Part shown: positions 25,900 through 36,710 of the stretch, piece after piece
Layout: the number at the start of each line of letters is the position of its first letter
How positions within the stretch are numbered: position 1 is the first letter of the stretch
Assembly (NCBI RefSeq): GCF_963921235.1
Contig: NC_086097.1
Location: 215,762,001 to 215,826,000, forward strand
DNA: 64,000 bases
Reading direction: 5' to 3'
Origin: Mobula hypostoma
Taxonomy: Eukaryota
Position numbers and translations under genes: made by a program
The notes under the pieces: generated by a model
Databases searched by the model: none
The model's input: the letters and a program-made list of their open reading frames with translations, nothing else
What the model was told of the DNA's origin: nothing

Positions 25900-26350
25900 A
25901 CAGCTCTTCTTTCAGTTAGTCCTGACGTAGAGTCTCGGCCCAAAACGTCAACTGTACCTCTTCCTAGAGATGCTGCCTGGCCTGCTGCGTTCACCAGCAA
26001 CTTTTATGTGTGTTGTAGAATATAAGATGTTGCTCCTTCACCCTGAAGGTGGTCTCATCATGGCATAAGAGGAGGTCATAGACTGACATGTCAGAGCAAG
26101 AATGGGAATGGAGATTAAAATGTTTGGCCACTGGGAAGTTCTGCTTTTGGTGGATGGGGCAGAGGTGCTCATCAAAGCGGTCCCCTAATTTACAACGTAT
26201 CTCATCAGTGGAGAGAAGGCCACATTGGGAGCACTGGATACATAGTTGGCACCAGCAGATTCACAGGTCAAGTGTTGCCGCATCTGGAAGGACTGCTTGA
26301 GGCCCTGGACGTAGGTGAATGGGCAGGTGTAGCAATTTGGTTGTGACCTG
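25900..26350. mobile_element. PLE fragments (plus-strand terminal piece with decayed hammerhead; minus-strand GIY-YIG region)
   Basis: Homology to 1839-2058; minus ORF QGLKQSFQMRQHLTCESA. Confidence 0.75.
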
Positions 26351-27631
26351 TAGGGAATGAAGTTGAACAATCCACATGTTACAAGTAACTAGGCAAGACC
26401 ATCTCTTGATTAGTAGTTTCTGAACTCATTTTTGCTGTGCACTGGTTCAGACAGTTGTTCAATTACATCCCATCAGCATTTTTCACTAATTATATGCGCT
26501 GAATAAAAAAACCATACAATTTTATAATTGCTATAATTAACAACAACATATCTTATGGGACACTCTACCCTGTTTGTAAACTGTATCTAGAAGGCTAATT
26601 TTGATGAACACCAAATTCATAATATACAGTATGCTTTCTTGTTCCAAAAATACTGTACATTCAATCCAAAATCCCATGTTTAAAATATTTAGTTACAACA
26701 GGCTACATATGGTGTCAATAATTAACTCTTAGTTTAAGTTTTTGACATTATTGGCAAATAATCAGTTGGATCATATATCACTGGTGTTATTTTTCATATT
26801 TGTCAGCATTCCTTCCAAGAGTTGATTTGAAACAATTTGTCTCCTTGACGTTTAAAAATTTGGGAGTGACATTTTCAATAATTGTAGGAAGAAAGCTGAT
26901 TGAATTGCCAACAGGATTATGTTAGGCAAGGCTGACAATTATTAATTAAATCACGCAAAGACAAGTGAGTAGCAGCAAATGTGAACAGAAGTAAAAATAA
27001 ACAAAAGACTTTTAAAAAATTTTCTTATAGCTAACAAACAGAATGATTGGAATTTTGTGCTGAAATGCCATTAATTTAACACAGAACTGCCAGCATTTTC
27101 CAGTGCAAATGCACTAATTTTGGGAATTCCCCATATTCACATAAAGATGTTAAAATATTGTCAAACTTTTTCCTGTTGCTCTCTTATACTCTTACACTCC
27201 TCACTGAGTGTACCGGCAAAATATATAGTTGTGGAAATGACTGAACCCCTCTGCTGAGGAATCTACGAGCAGAAGCTGCACGATTTTAGACTTGGCAATT
27301 ACCTTGTTGTACCAAAACCCTCCCCACTGCAGTAACCCTCATGAGATGGCATTTATCCTCACTGCAGCCCTTTGTTGATGAGGATCAGAATGCCTTTGGT
27401 GAGGAAATAGAATCAGTAACTTTATTCATGCCAGGATGATGCATCAAGTGTAAGCATCTTGACACTGGCAGGAAATTCTACATTAAGAAATATTTATTCA
27501 GAATGCAATGCTGTTCATTGCTTTTGAAAATCAATTTAAAAATCTGTTCACCTCATTTGAGCTATTTGGCTGATAATACATCATTTGTTCATGGATATCT
27601 ATGTTTACTGGACAAATCACAAATATTGAAG

Positions 27632-27962
27632 ACCTTTATTTGCCACATGGACATTGAAACATCGTAACATAGAGTGAAACGTAACATTTTGTGTCAACGA
27701 CCAACACTGTCAGAAGGTTGTGCTGGGGGCTGCTTGCAAGTGTTGCCATGCTTCTGGCGCCAACAGAGCATGCCCACAATTCACCCGTATTACCCTAGCT
27801 CACATCTTCGGAAAGTGAGAGAAATCCGGAGCATCCCGAGGAAACCCACGTGATCACAGGGTGAATGTACAAACCCCTTACGGACAGCAGCAGGAAATGA
27901 GCACCGATCGGCGATCGTTGCCACTGTAAAGTGATTGCACCAACCATAATGCCACTGTGCAG
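27632..27962 (-). mobile_element. V-domain SINE, tail type 2
   Basis: Homologous to 24578-24875 over core and tail. Confidence 0.72.
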
Positions 27963-27971
27963 CATTAAAAT

Positions 27972-30824
27972 ATAAGATCATAAGACATAGCAGCAGAATA
28001 AGGTCAGTTGGTCAGTCATCTGCTGTGCTTTTTCATCATGGCTGATCCAATTTTCCCTCTCAGCCCCATTCTCCTGCCTTCTCCCTGTATCCCTTCATGC
28101 CGTAACCAATCAAGAATCTATCAATCTCTGCCTTACATGAAGACTTGGCCTCCACAGCTGCCCGTGACAATGAATTCCACACATTCAGCACTCTCTGGCT
28201 AAAAATAAACACCACCTCATCTCAGTTCTAAAAGGTTGCCCCTCTATTCTGAGGCTGTGTCCTCTGGTCTTGGACTCTCCCACCATAGGAAACATCCTCC
28301 CACATCCACTCTATTGAGGCCTTTCAACATTTGATAGGTTTCAATGAGGTCACCACTTATTCTTCTGAATTCTAGTGAATACAGGCCCAGAGCCATCAAA
28401 TGCAATTCATATGACAAGCCATTCAATCCTGGAATCATTTTCATGAACCTTCTTCGAAGCTCTCCCGTATCAGCGGTTCCTTTATTAGGTAAGGGGCCTA
28501 AAACTGCTCACAGTACTCCAAGTGAGGCCTCACCAGTGCTTTATAAAGCCTTAACATGACATCCTTGCTTTTATGTTCTAGTCCTCTTGAACTGAATGCA
28601 AACATCACATTTGCCTTCCTCGCCACAGACTCAACCTGCAAATTAACCTTTAGGGAATTCTGCACAAGGACTCCCAAGTCCCTTTGCACCTGAGATTTTT
28701 GTATTTTCCCTCCACTTAGAAACATAGTCTCCCCTTTCATTTCTTCTACCAAAATACATGACCATACATTTCCCGACACTGTATTCCATCTTCCACTTCT
28801 TTGCCCATTCTCCTAATCTACCTAAGTCCTTGTGTAGCCTCTCTACTTCCTTAAAACTACCTGCAAACTTTGCAACAAAGCCATCAATTCCATCATCCAA
28901 GTAATTGACATATATCGTAAAAAGTATTGGTCCCAACACAGAGCCCTGTGGAACACCACTAGTCACCAACAGCCAACCAAAAAAAGGCTCCCTTTACTCC
29001 CACTTTTTGCCTCCTGTCAATCAACCACTGCTTTATCCATGCTAGAATTTTTCCTGTAATACCCATGAGGTTGTAGCTTGTTAAGCAGCCTTAAGCATGG
29101 CACCTTGTCAAAGGCCTTCTGGAAATCTAACTACACAATATCAACCGATTATCCTTTGTCTGTCCTACTTGTTATTTCTTCAAAGAATTCCAACAGATTT
29201 GTCAGGCAAGATTTTCCCTTGTGGAATCCATGCTGACTATGGCCCATTATATCCTGTGCTTCAAAGTATTTTAACACCACATCTTTAACAATCGACTCCA
29301 ACATCTTCCCAACCACTGAGGTCAGACTAACTGACTTATATATTTTCTTTCTTCTGCCTCGCTTCTTTCTTAAAGAGCAGGGTTCCATTTGCAATTTCTA
29401 GTCTTCTGGATCATTCCAGAATCTAGTAATCCTTGAAAGATCTTTACTAGTGCATCCACAATCTCTTCAGCTACCTCTTTCAGAACCCTGGTGTGTTCAC
29501 CATCTGACCCTAGTGACTTATCTATCTTCAGACCTTTCAGTTTCCTAAGAAGCTTCTCCCAAGTAATGGCAACTTCACACATCTCTGCCCCCTAACACTC
29601 CCAACCTTCCAGCATACTGCTAGTATCTTCCACAGTGAAGACTGATGCACAGTACTTATTCAGTACATTAGTCATTTCTTTGTTCCCATTACTACATCTC
29701 CAGCATCATGTTCCAGCAGTCTGATATCCACTCTCACCTCTCCTTTACACTTTATGTATCTGAAGAAACTTTTGGTATATTCTTCAATGTTATTGGCTAG
29801 CTTACCTTCGTATTCCATCTTTTTCTTCTTAATGACTTTTTTTAGTTGCCTTCTGCTGGTTTTTAAAAGCTTCCCAATCTTACAACTTCCCACTCAGTTT
29901 TGCCCAATTATATGCCCTCTATTTGGCTTTTATTTTTGGCTGTGACTTCTCTTGTTAGCCACGGTGTGTGTCAACTTCCTCTTTAGGATGTATATATCCT
30001 GTGCCTTCCAAATTGTTTCCTGAAATTTTAGCCATTGCTGCTCCGTTGCCATTCCTCTCGTGCCTTGTAATTTCCTTTATGCCACCGTAATACTGATACA
30101 TCTGACTTTAGCTTCTCCTTCTCAAATTGCAGTGTGGGTTCTGTCATATTATGATCACCTTTCCCTCAGGGTTCCTATACCTTAAGTTCTCTAGTCAATT
30201 CCAGTTCATTGCACAACACCCAATCCAGAATAGTTGATCCCCTAGTGAGCTCAACCACGAGCTGCTCTAAAAAGCCATCTCGTAGGCACTCTAGAAAATC
30301 TCCCTCTTGGGATCCAGCACCAAGCTGATTTTTCCAATCTTCCTGTGTATTGAAATCCTCTATGACTATTGTAATATTGCCTTTCTGGCATGCATTTTCT
30401 ATCTCCCCTTATAATTTGTAGGCCACATCCTTGCGACTGTTTGGGGGTCTGTATACAACTCCCATCAGGGTCTTTTTACCCTTGCATTTCTTTAACTCTA
30501 CCCACAATGCTTCAACACCTTTCGACCACATGTCTCCTCACTCTAATGATTTGATCTCAGGTTTTTTTCCTGCCAATAGAGCCACACCTCCCTCTCTGCC
30601 TACCCGCCTGTCCTTTCAATATAATGTGTATACTTGGATGTTAAACTTCCAGCTATAATCTTCTTTCAACCACAATTTGGTAATGCCCGCAACTCTTACA
30701 TGCCAGTTTGTAACTGTGCTGCAAGTTCATCTACCTTATTCCATATACTGTGCACAGTCAAATAAAACACCTTGTCCTGTATTCACCCCGTTCAATTTTG
30801 TCCTCCTTTTACATTGCAACTCAT
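27972..30824 (-). mobile_element. Older CR1 LINE (ORF2 to 3' end), host of the young CR1; continues at 35031-35306
   Basis: Minus ORFs [47 protein letters not shown]; endonuclease remnants. Confidence 0.92.
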
Positions 30825-30990
30825 GCCTCATAGAGCCTCATAGAGCGGGCAGCGTAGTTTGCGGGCGGCGGAGTGAGCCGGGAGCAGAGTGAAGACTTAA
30901 GGGCTTCGGCTCACCGGGCTTAGGCGGAAGCGGGTGAGGCGAGGAAGGTTTGACATTCATTTTCTGTTGCTATTTGAGGAGAGGGGCATT

Positions 30991-31926
30991 ATGACTGTGA
31001 GGGCAGTTTGCTGTTCTCGGTGTCGGATGTGGGAGGCCCTGGAGTCTCCAAGCCTCCCGGACGTCTACATCTGCGCCAAGTGCATCGAGATGCAGCTCCT
31101 AAGGGACCGCGTTACGGAACTGGAGCTGCAGCTCGATGACCTTCGTCTGGTCAGGGAGAGTGAGGAGGTGATAGAGAGGAGTGGAAGGCAGGTGGTCACG
31201 CCGGGGCCACGGGAGGCAGACAAGTGGGTCACGGTTAGGAGGGGGAAGGGGAAAAGGAAGGTGATGGGGAGTACCCCGGCGGCTGTGCCCCTTAACAACA
31301 GGTACTCCTGTTTGAGTACTGTTGGGGGGGACAGCTAACCCTGGGGAAGCGACAGTGGCCCTGCCTCCGGCACAGAGTCTGGCCCTGTAGCTCAGAAGGG
31401 TAGGGCAAGGAAGAGGAGGGCAGTTGTGATAGGGGACTCGATAGTAAGGGGGTCAGATAGGCGATTCTGTGGACGCAGTCCAGAGACTCGGATGGTAGTT
31501 TGCCTCCCTGGTGCCAGGGTCCGGGATATTTCTGATCGTGTCCAAGATATCCTGAAGTGGGAGGGTGAAGAGCCAGAGGTCCTGGTACATATAGGTACCA
31601 ATGACATAGGTAGGAAAAGGGATGAGGTCCTGAAAGAAGAATATAGGGAGCTAGGAAGGGAGTTGAGAAAAAGGACCGCAAAGGTAGTAATCTCGGGATT
31701 ACTGCCTGTGCCACGCGACAGTGAGAGTAGGAATGCGATGAGGTGGAGGATAAATGCGTGGCTGAGGGATTGGAGCAGGGGGCAGGGATTCAAGTTTTTG
31801 GATCATTGGGACCTCTTTTGGCGCAGGTGTGACCTGTACAAAAAGGACGGGTTACACTTAAATCCTCGGGGGACCAATATCCTGGCAGGGAGATTAGCGG
31901 GGGCTACTGAGGTGACTTTAAACTAG
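30991..31926 (+). pseudogene. CR1 ORF1 (CxxC..CxxC zinc finger/leucine zipper + SGNH esterase) with one in-frame TAA at 31336-31338
   Basis: ORFs 30934..31338 and 31426..31926 are in the same frame and the gap is otherwise open; IGDS, LPGA, HIGTND, DGLHLN motifs. Confidence 0.9.
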
Positions 31927-34900
31927 AATGGTTGGGGGGTGGGAATCAAATTAAAGCGGCTAGGTGTGAGGAGGTTAGTTCACAACAGAGGGATGGGAAC
32001 CAGTGCAGAGAGACAGAGGGGTGTAAAGTGAGCGTAGAAGCAAAAAGTACAAAGGGGAAAAGTAAAAGTGGCAGGCCGACAAATCCAGGGCAAGCATTAA
32101 AAAGGGCTAAGAGAGTTGTAAAAGAGTGCCTGAAGGCTTTATGTGTCAATGCAAGGAGCATTCGTAATAAGGTGGATGAATTGAAAGTGCAGATTGTTAT
32201 TAATGATTATGATATAGTTGGGATCACAGAGACATGGCTCCAGGGTGACCAGGGATGGGAGCTCAACGTTCAGGGATATTCAATATTCAGGAGGGATAGA
32301 CACGAAGGAAGGGGAGGTGGGGTGGCGTTGCTGGTTAAAAAAGAGATTAACGCAATAGAAAGGAAGGACATAAGCCGGGAAGATGTGGAATCGATATGGG
32401 TAGAGCTGCGTAACACTAAGGGGCAGAAGACGCTGGTGGGAGTTGTGTACAGGCCACCTAACAGTAGTAGTGAGGTCGGAGATGGTATTAAACAGGAAAT
32501 TAGAAATGTGTGCAATAAAGGAACAGCAGTTATAATGGGTGACTTCAATCTACATGTAGACTGGGTGAACCAAATTGGTAAAGGTGCTGAGGAAGAGGAT
32601 TTCTTGGAATGTATGCGGGATGGTTTTTTGAACCAACATGTCGAGGAACCGACTAGAGAGCAGGCTATTCTGGACTGGGTTTTGAGCAATGAGGAAGGGT
32701 TAATTAGCGATCTTGTCGTGAGAGGCCCCTTGGGTAAGAGTGACCATAATATGGTGGAATTCTTCATTAACATGGAGAGTGACGTAGTTAATTCAGAAAC
32801 AAAGGTTCTGAACTTAAAGAGGGGTAACTTTGAAGGTATGAGACATGAATTAGCTAAGATAGACTGGCAAATGACACTTCAAGGATTGACGGTGGATATG
32901 CAATGGCAGGCATTTAAAGGTTGCATGGATGAACTACAACAATTGTTCATCCCAGTTTGGCAAAAGAATAAATCAAGGAAGGTAGTGCACCCGTGGCTGA
33001 CAAGAGAAATTAGGGATAGTATCAATTCCAAAGAAGTAGCATACAAATTAGCCAGAGAAAGTGGCTCACCTGAGGACTGGGAGAAATTCAGAGTTCAGCA
33101 GAGGAGGACAAAGGGCTTAATTAGGAAGGGGAAAAAAGATTATGAGAGAAAACTGGCAGAGAACATAAAAACGGACTGTAAAAGCTTTTATAGATATGTA
33201 AAAAGGAAAAGACTGATAAAGACAAATGTAGGTCCCCTGCAAACAGAAACAGGTGAATTGATTATGGGGAGCAAGGACATGGCAGACCAATTGAATAATT
33301 ACTTTGGTTCTGTCTTCACTAAGGAGGACATAAATAATCTTCCAGAAATAGTAAGGGACAGAGGGTCCAGTGAGATGGAGGAACTGAGCGAAATACATGT
33401 TAGTAGGGAAGTGGTGTTAGGTAAATTGAAGGGATTGAAGGCAGATAAATCCCCAGGGCCAGATGGTCTGCATCCCAGAGTGCTTAAGGAAGTGGCCCAA
33501 GAAATAGTGGATGCATTAGTGATAATTTTTCAAAACTCGTTAGATTCTGGACTAGTTCCTGAGGATTGGAGGGTGGCTAATGTAACCCCACTTTTTAAAA
33601 AAGGAGGGAGAGAGAAACCGGGGAATTATAGGCCGGTTAGCCTAACGTCGGTGGTGGGGAAACTGCTGGAGTCAGTTATCAAGGATGTGATAACAGCACA
33701 TTTGGAAAGCGGTGAAATGATCGGACAAAGTCAGCATGGATTTGTGAAAGGAAAATCATGTCTGACGAATCTCATAGAATTTTTTGAGGATGTAACTAGT
33801 AGAGTGGATAGGGGAGAACCAGTGGATGTGGTATATTTGGATTTTCAAAAGGCTTTTGACAAGGTCCCACATAGGAGATTAGTGTGCAAACTTAAAGCAC
33901 ACGGTATTGGGGGTAAGGTATTGGTGTGGGTGGAGAATTGGTTAGCAGACAGGAAGCAAAGAGTGGGAATAAACGGGACCTTTTCAGAATGGCAGGCGGT
34001 GACTAGTGGGGTACCGCAAGGCTCAGTGCTGGGACCCCAGTTGTTTACAATATATATTAATGACTTGGATGAGGGAATTAAATGCAGCATCTCCAAGTTT
34101 GCGGATGACACGAAGCTGGGTGGCAGTGTTAGCAGTGAGGAGGATGCTAAGAGGATGCAGGGTGACTTGGATAGGTTGGGTGAGTGGGCAAACTCATGGC
34201 AGATGCAATTTAATGTGGATAAATGTGAAGTTATCCACTTTGGTGGCAAAAATAGGAAAACAGATTATTATCTGAATGGTGGCCGATTAGGAAAAGGGGA
34301 GGTGCAACGAGACCTGGGTGTCATTATACACCAGTCATTGAAAGTGGGCATGCAGGTACAGCAGGCGGTGAAAAAGGCGAACGGTATGCTGGCATTTATA
34401 GCGAGAGGATTCGAGTACAGGAGCAGGGAGGTACTACTGCAGTTGTACAAGGCCTTGGTGAGACCACACCTGGAGTATTGTGTGCAGTTTTGGTCCCCTA
34501 ATCTGAGGAAAGACATCTTTGCCATAGAGGGAGTACAAAGAAGGTTCACCAGATTGATTCCTGGGATGGCAGGTCTTTCATATGAAGAAAGACTGGATGA
34601 ACTGGGCTTGTACTCGTTGGAATTTAGAAGATTGAGGGGGGATCTGATTGAAACGTATAAGATCCTAAAGGGATTGGACAGGCTAGATGCAGGAAGATTG
34701 TTCCCGATGTTGGGGAGGTCTAGAACGAGGGGTCACAGTTTGAGGATAGAGGGGAAGCCTTTTAGGACCGAGGTTAGGAAAAACTTCTTCACACAGAGAG
34801 TGGTGAATCTGTGGAATTCTCTGCCACAGCAAACTGTTGAGGCCAGTTCATTAGCTATGTTTAAAAGGAAGTTAGATATGGCCCTTGTGGCTACAGGGGT

Positions 34901-34931
34901 CAGGGGGTATGGAGGGAAGGCTGGGTTCTGA
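31911..34931 (+). CDS. CR1 ORF2: APE endonuclease + reverse transcriptase (stop-to-stop frame; true start uncertain)
   Basis: 999-aa ORF from 31932: [53 protein letters not shown]. Confidence 0.96.
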   Translation, partial: GDFKLEWLGGGNQIKAARCEEVSSQQRDGNQCRETEGCKVSVEAKSTKGKSKSGRPTNPGQALKRAKRVVKECLKALCVNARSIRNKVDELKVQIVINDYDIVGITETWLQGDQGWELNVQGYSIFRRDRHEGRGGGVALLVKKEINAIERKDISREDVESIWVELRNTKGQKTLVGVVYRPPNSSSEVGDGIKQEIRNVCNKGTAVIMGDFNLHVDWVNQIGKGAEEEDFLECMRDGFLNQHVEEPTREQAILDWVLSNEEGLISDLVVRGPLGKSDHNMVEFFINMESDVVNSETKVLNLKRGNFEGMRHELAKIDWQMTLQGLTVDMQWQAFKGCMDELQQLFIPVWQKNKSRKVVHPWLTREIRDSINSKEVAYKLARESGSPEDWEKFRVQQRRTKGLIRKGKKDYERKLAENIKTDCKSFYRYVKRKRLIKTNVGPLQTETGELIMGSKDMADQLNNYFGSVFTKEDINNLPEIVRDRGSSEMEELSEIHVSREVVLGKLKGLKADKSPGPDGLHPRVLKEVAQEIVDALVIIFQNSLDSGLVPEDWRVANVTPLFKKGGREKPGNYRPVSLTSVVGKLLESVIKDVITAHLESGEMIGQSQHGFVKGKSCLTNLIEFFEDVTSRVDRGEPVDVVYLDFQKAFDKVPHRRLVCKLKAHGIGGKVLVWVENWLADRKQRVGINGTFSEWQAVTSGVPQGSVLGPQLFTIYINDLDEGIKCSISKFADDTKLGGSVSSEEDAKRMQGDLDRLGEWANSWQMQFNVDKCEVIHFGGKNRKTDYYLNGGRLGKGEVQRDLGVIIHQSLKVGMQVQQAVKKANGMLAFIARGFEYRSREVLLQLYKALVRPHLEYCVQFWSPNLRKDIFAIEGVQRRFTRLIPGMAGLSYEERLDELGLYSLEFRRLRGDLIETYKILKGLDRLDAGRLFPMLGRSRTRGHSLRIEGKPFRTEVRKNFFTQRVVNLWNSLPQQTVEASSLAMFKRKLDMALVATGVRGYGGKAGF
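31917..31945 (+). promoter_or_regulatory. Putative -1 ribosomal frameshift signal (U_UUA_AAC + stop + G-rich tract)
   Basis: X_XXY_YYZ heptamer in ORF1 frame at the ORF1/ORF2 overlap; conserved in the second CR1 at 35162-35168 (-). Confidence 0.65.
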
Positions 34932-35030
34932 GTTGGATGATCAGCCATGATCATAATAAATGGTGGTGCAGGCTCGAAGGGCCGAATGGCCTACTCCTGC
35001 ACCTATTTTCTATGTTTCTATGTTTCTATG

Positions 35031-35306
35031 CTGTTGATCACAATTTTGCGCTATCATCAGCCTCTCCTTGCTAGAAGACTGACTACACACTGCCTCTGTT
35101 TGTAACCCGACTACCTCATCTTCAGCGCCGTCACTCCAGTTCCCATCCTCCTGCCAAATTAGTTTAAACCCTTCCGATCAACTCTTGTAAGCCTGCCTGT
35201 GAGGATATTGGTCCTCCTCAGGTTCAGGTGTACCTGTCCCTTTTGTACAGGTCATACCTTCCCCAGAAGAGATCCCAATGATCCATAAATCTGAACCCCT
35301 GCCCCA
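35031..35306 (-). mobile_element. 5' part of the older CR1 (ORF1 esterase end and ORF1/ORF2 junction)
   Basis: Minus translation QGFRFMDHWDLFWGRYDLYKRD..TNILTGRLTRVDRKGLN*. Confidence 0.88.
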
Positions 35307-35699
35307 TAAAAGTGGATAGGTCATTTGACCCTTTGTACAGTAACTATTCAATATGGCCTCAGCATCACCCCTTATTCTTCATTCCCTTAATATATAACTA
35401 TTTATCAGTCTCTTTCATGCATGTACTCAGTGACTGAGCTTCTACAGTCATCTTAAGCAGAGAATTTCTGCTGGTTGAAGAAATTACTTCTCATCTCTGG
35501 CCTCAATGCTGAAACTATGACCTCTAGTTTCAGACAGGGAAAGCTCTGCTTCTACAAACAATTCTGTTTGTTTTGGTAATATCACCTCCGATTCTTCAGG
35601 TCAGCACTGGCCCAGTCTGCTTAATCTCCCCTCGTATAACAAACCCCCATCGTGGAAATGAACTGGCTGAATCTTTGCTGCACTGCTGTCTCTCAACAT

Positions 35700-35950
35700 G
35701 AAACTATTACAGCCTGGGGCTTCCAGAGTTAAGATTTCAAATCCGGTGCTGTTTCTGTAAGGAGTCTCTGTAATACAATGCAGCACGTGGTTTTTTCCCC
35801 CACAGTCCAAAGACGTAGTTGGGGGGGGGTGGAGGATAGATTAATTTGTCATTGTAAATTGCCCTGTGATTAGGTTAGGGTCAATCGAGTTTGTGGGGTC
35901 GCCAAGAGCCGGAAGGGCCTACCTTGCATTGTATCGATAAATAAATAAAT
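35700..35950 (+). mobile_element. V-domain SINE, CR1-like tail
   Basis: CCCACAGTCCAAAGACGT core; GCCGGAAGGGCCT..(AAAT)n tail. Confidence 0.65.
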
Positions 35951-36104
35951 ACATTTCTTCATTAGATAAGTAGACTACACCAGGGCACTGCAGTTCCATT
36001 GTCTAGTGTGCACTTGGTTTAGCCAATGTAGAAGTGATCAAATCAGGAGTGTGAGATAACAGTAGATGACACTGGAGGTGCTGCAAGTGAACCTTGGACT
36101 CATC

Positions 36105-36710
36105 TGCCCCATTAACTCCATTTATATTTATGCATTTTGTGGCTTCCATTATAGACATAAAAGTTTTTACTATTTCTTAAAGTTCAAAGTAACATTTATT
36201 ATCAAAGTACATAGATGTCACCTTATACAATCATGAGATTCTGTTTCCTGTGGGCATATAGTAATTAGAAGATCTATAGGACAGTAACTGTAAACAGAAT
36301 CAATGAACAACAAACTGGACAAATGCAAATATAAATAAATAGCAATAAATAACAAACATGAAATAACAAGATAAATAGTCCTTAAAGTGAGACCATCGGT
36401 TGTGGGAACATCGGAAATAGAATGAGTGTTGTTATCCCTTTTTGTTCAAGAACACAATGGTCAAGGGGTAGTAACTGTTCTTGAACCCAGTGGTGTAAGT
36501 CCTGAGACTCCTGTACCTTCCACCTGATGGCGGCAGTGAGAGAAGAGCATGGCCTGGCCAGTGAGAAACTTTGATGATGGATTTTCTACAGCAACGATTT
36601 ATGTAGATGTACTCAATGGTTGGGAGGGTTTTACCTGTGATGTACTGGGCTGAATCCAGTACGTTTTGTAGGCTTTTCCACTCAAAGCATTGGTCTTCTC
36701 ATACCAGGCC
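36105..36710 (-). mobile_element. Rex1/Babar LINE 3' fragment
   Basis: Homologous to 57052-57670, including the tail region. Confidence 0.75.

Larger units (their letters stand above)
30825..35030 (+). mobile_element. Full-length young CR1 LINE
   Basis: CpG-rich 5' UTR, ORF1 (zinc finger + esterase), intact ORF2 (APE + RT), 3' (TTTCTATG)3 tail; interrupts an antiparallel older CR1. Confidence 0.97.

Noticed and set aside
31928..31934. ATG at 31928 or TTG at 31932 as the ORF2 start
   Set aside because: The ATG is out of frame with ORF2; the TTG is only an ORF-caller alternative start. Non-AUG reinitiation is not excluded but is unsupported
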